From assembly GCA_038212275.1 (NCBI GenBank), contig JBBQUR010000001.1, positions 1 to 64,000 on the forward strand: DNA of 64,000 nucleotides, in the 5' to 3' direction. Below the pieces are notes generated by a model. The model was given only the letters and a program-made list of their open reading frames with translations, was not told the origin of the DNA and did no database searches. This stretch comes from Planctomycetota bacterium (GTDB lineage: Bacteria; Planctomycetota; B15-G4). A program made the position numbers and the translations under genes. Positions 63,968 through 64,000 of the stretch are shown here, piece by piece (the stretch's first letter is position 1; each line of letters opens with the position of its first letter).

Positions 63968-64000
63968 TGCGGGCACGAGGCACGCGACGTGCACGGCGCG

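Overview
High-GC bacterial chromosomal window, most likely from a Planctomycetota-like organism. That placement is inferred from the short ~110-nt 5S rRNA, tandem PilB paralogs, an HTH-plus-membrane-anchor protein, sulfatase-like lipoproteins and a HEAT-vWA protein. The window is mostly housekeeping. It holds the 3' end of an rRNA operon (23S, 5S, terminator), two tRNA-Pro genes, lexA, nadB-hflX, trmD-rplS-secDF-LysM, riboflavin synthase, a glycosyltransferase cluster, fumC, a secreted WD40 protein, a Ski2/HelY-like helicase, an FtsQ-like protein, rplM-rpsI-yebC-GGDEF, ppdK, pilB-pilB-pilC-CNNM-CNNM, HTH/TM-OmpA-rsmA, dnaG-rpoD-Zn ribbon-selB-sulfatase, amgK-murU-like genes, an O-antigen-ligase-like gene and guaB-guaA-M20-asd. 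I saw no integrase, transposase or CRISPR array. The most interesting signals are (i) a 26-aa hydrophobic ORF missed by the ORF track directly upstream of lexA, behind a perfect ATTAGGT-N7-ACCTAAT palindrome that may be a new SOS box, (ii) a putative C-terminal sorting domain on the WD40 protein, (iii) an sRNA-like anti-SD/terminator element before guaB, (iv) a catalytically dead GGDEF protein with an intact I-site, (v) a probable CTG start codon, and (vi) several intergenic tandem repeats. Start codons were chosen by eye and no database searches were run.
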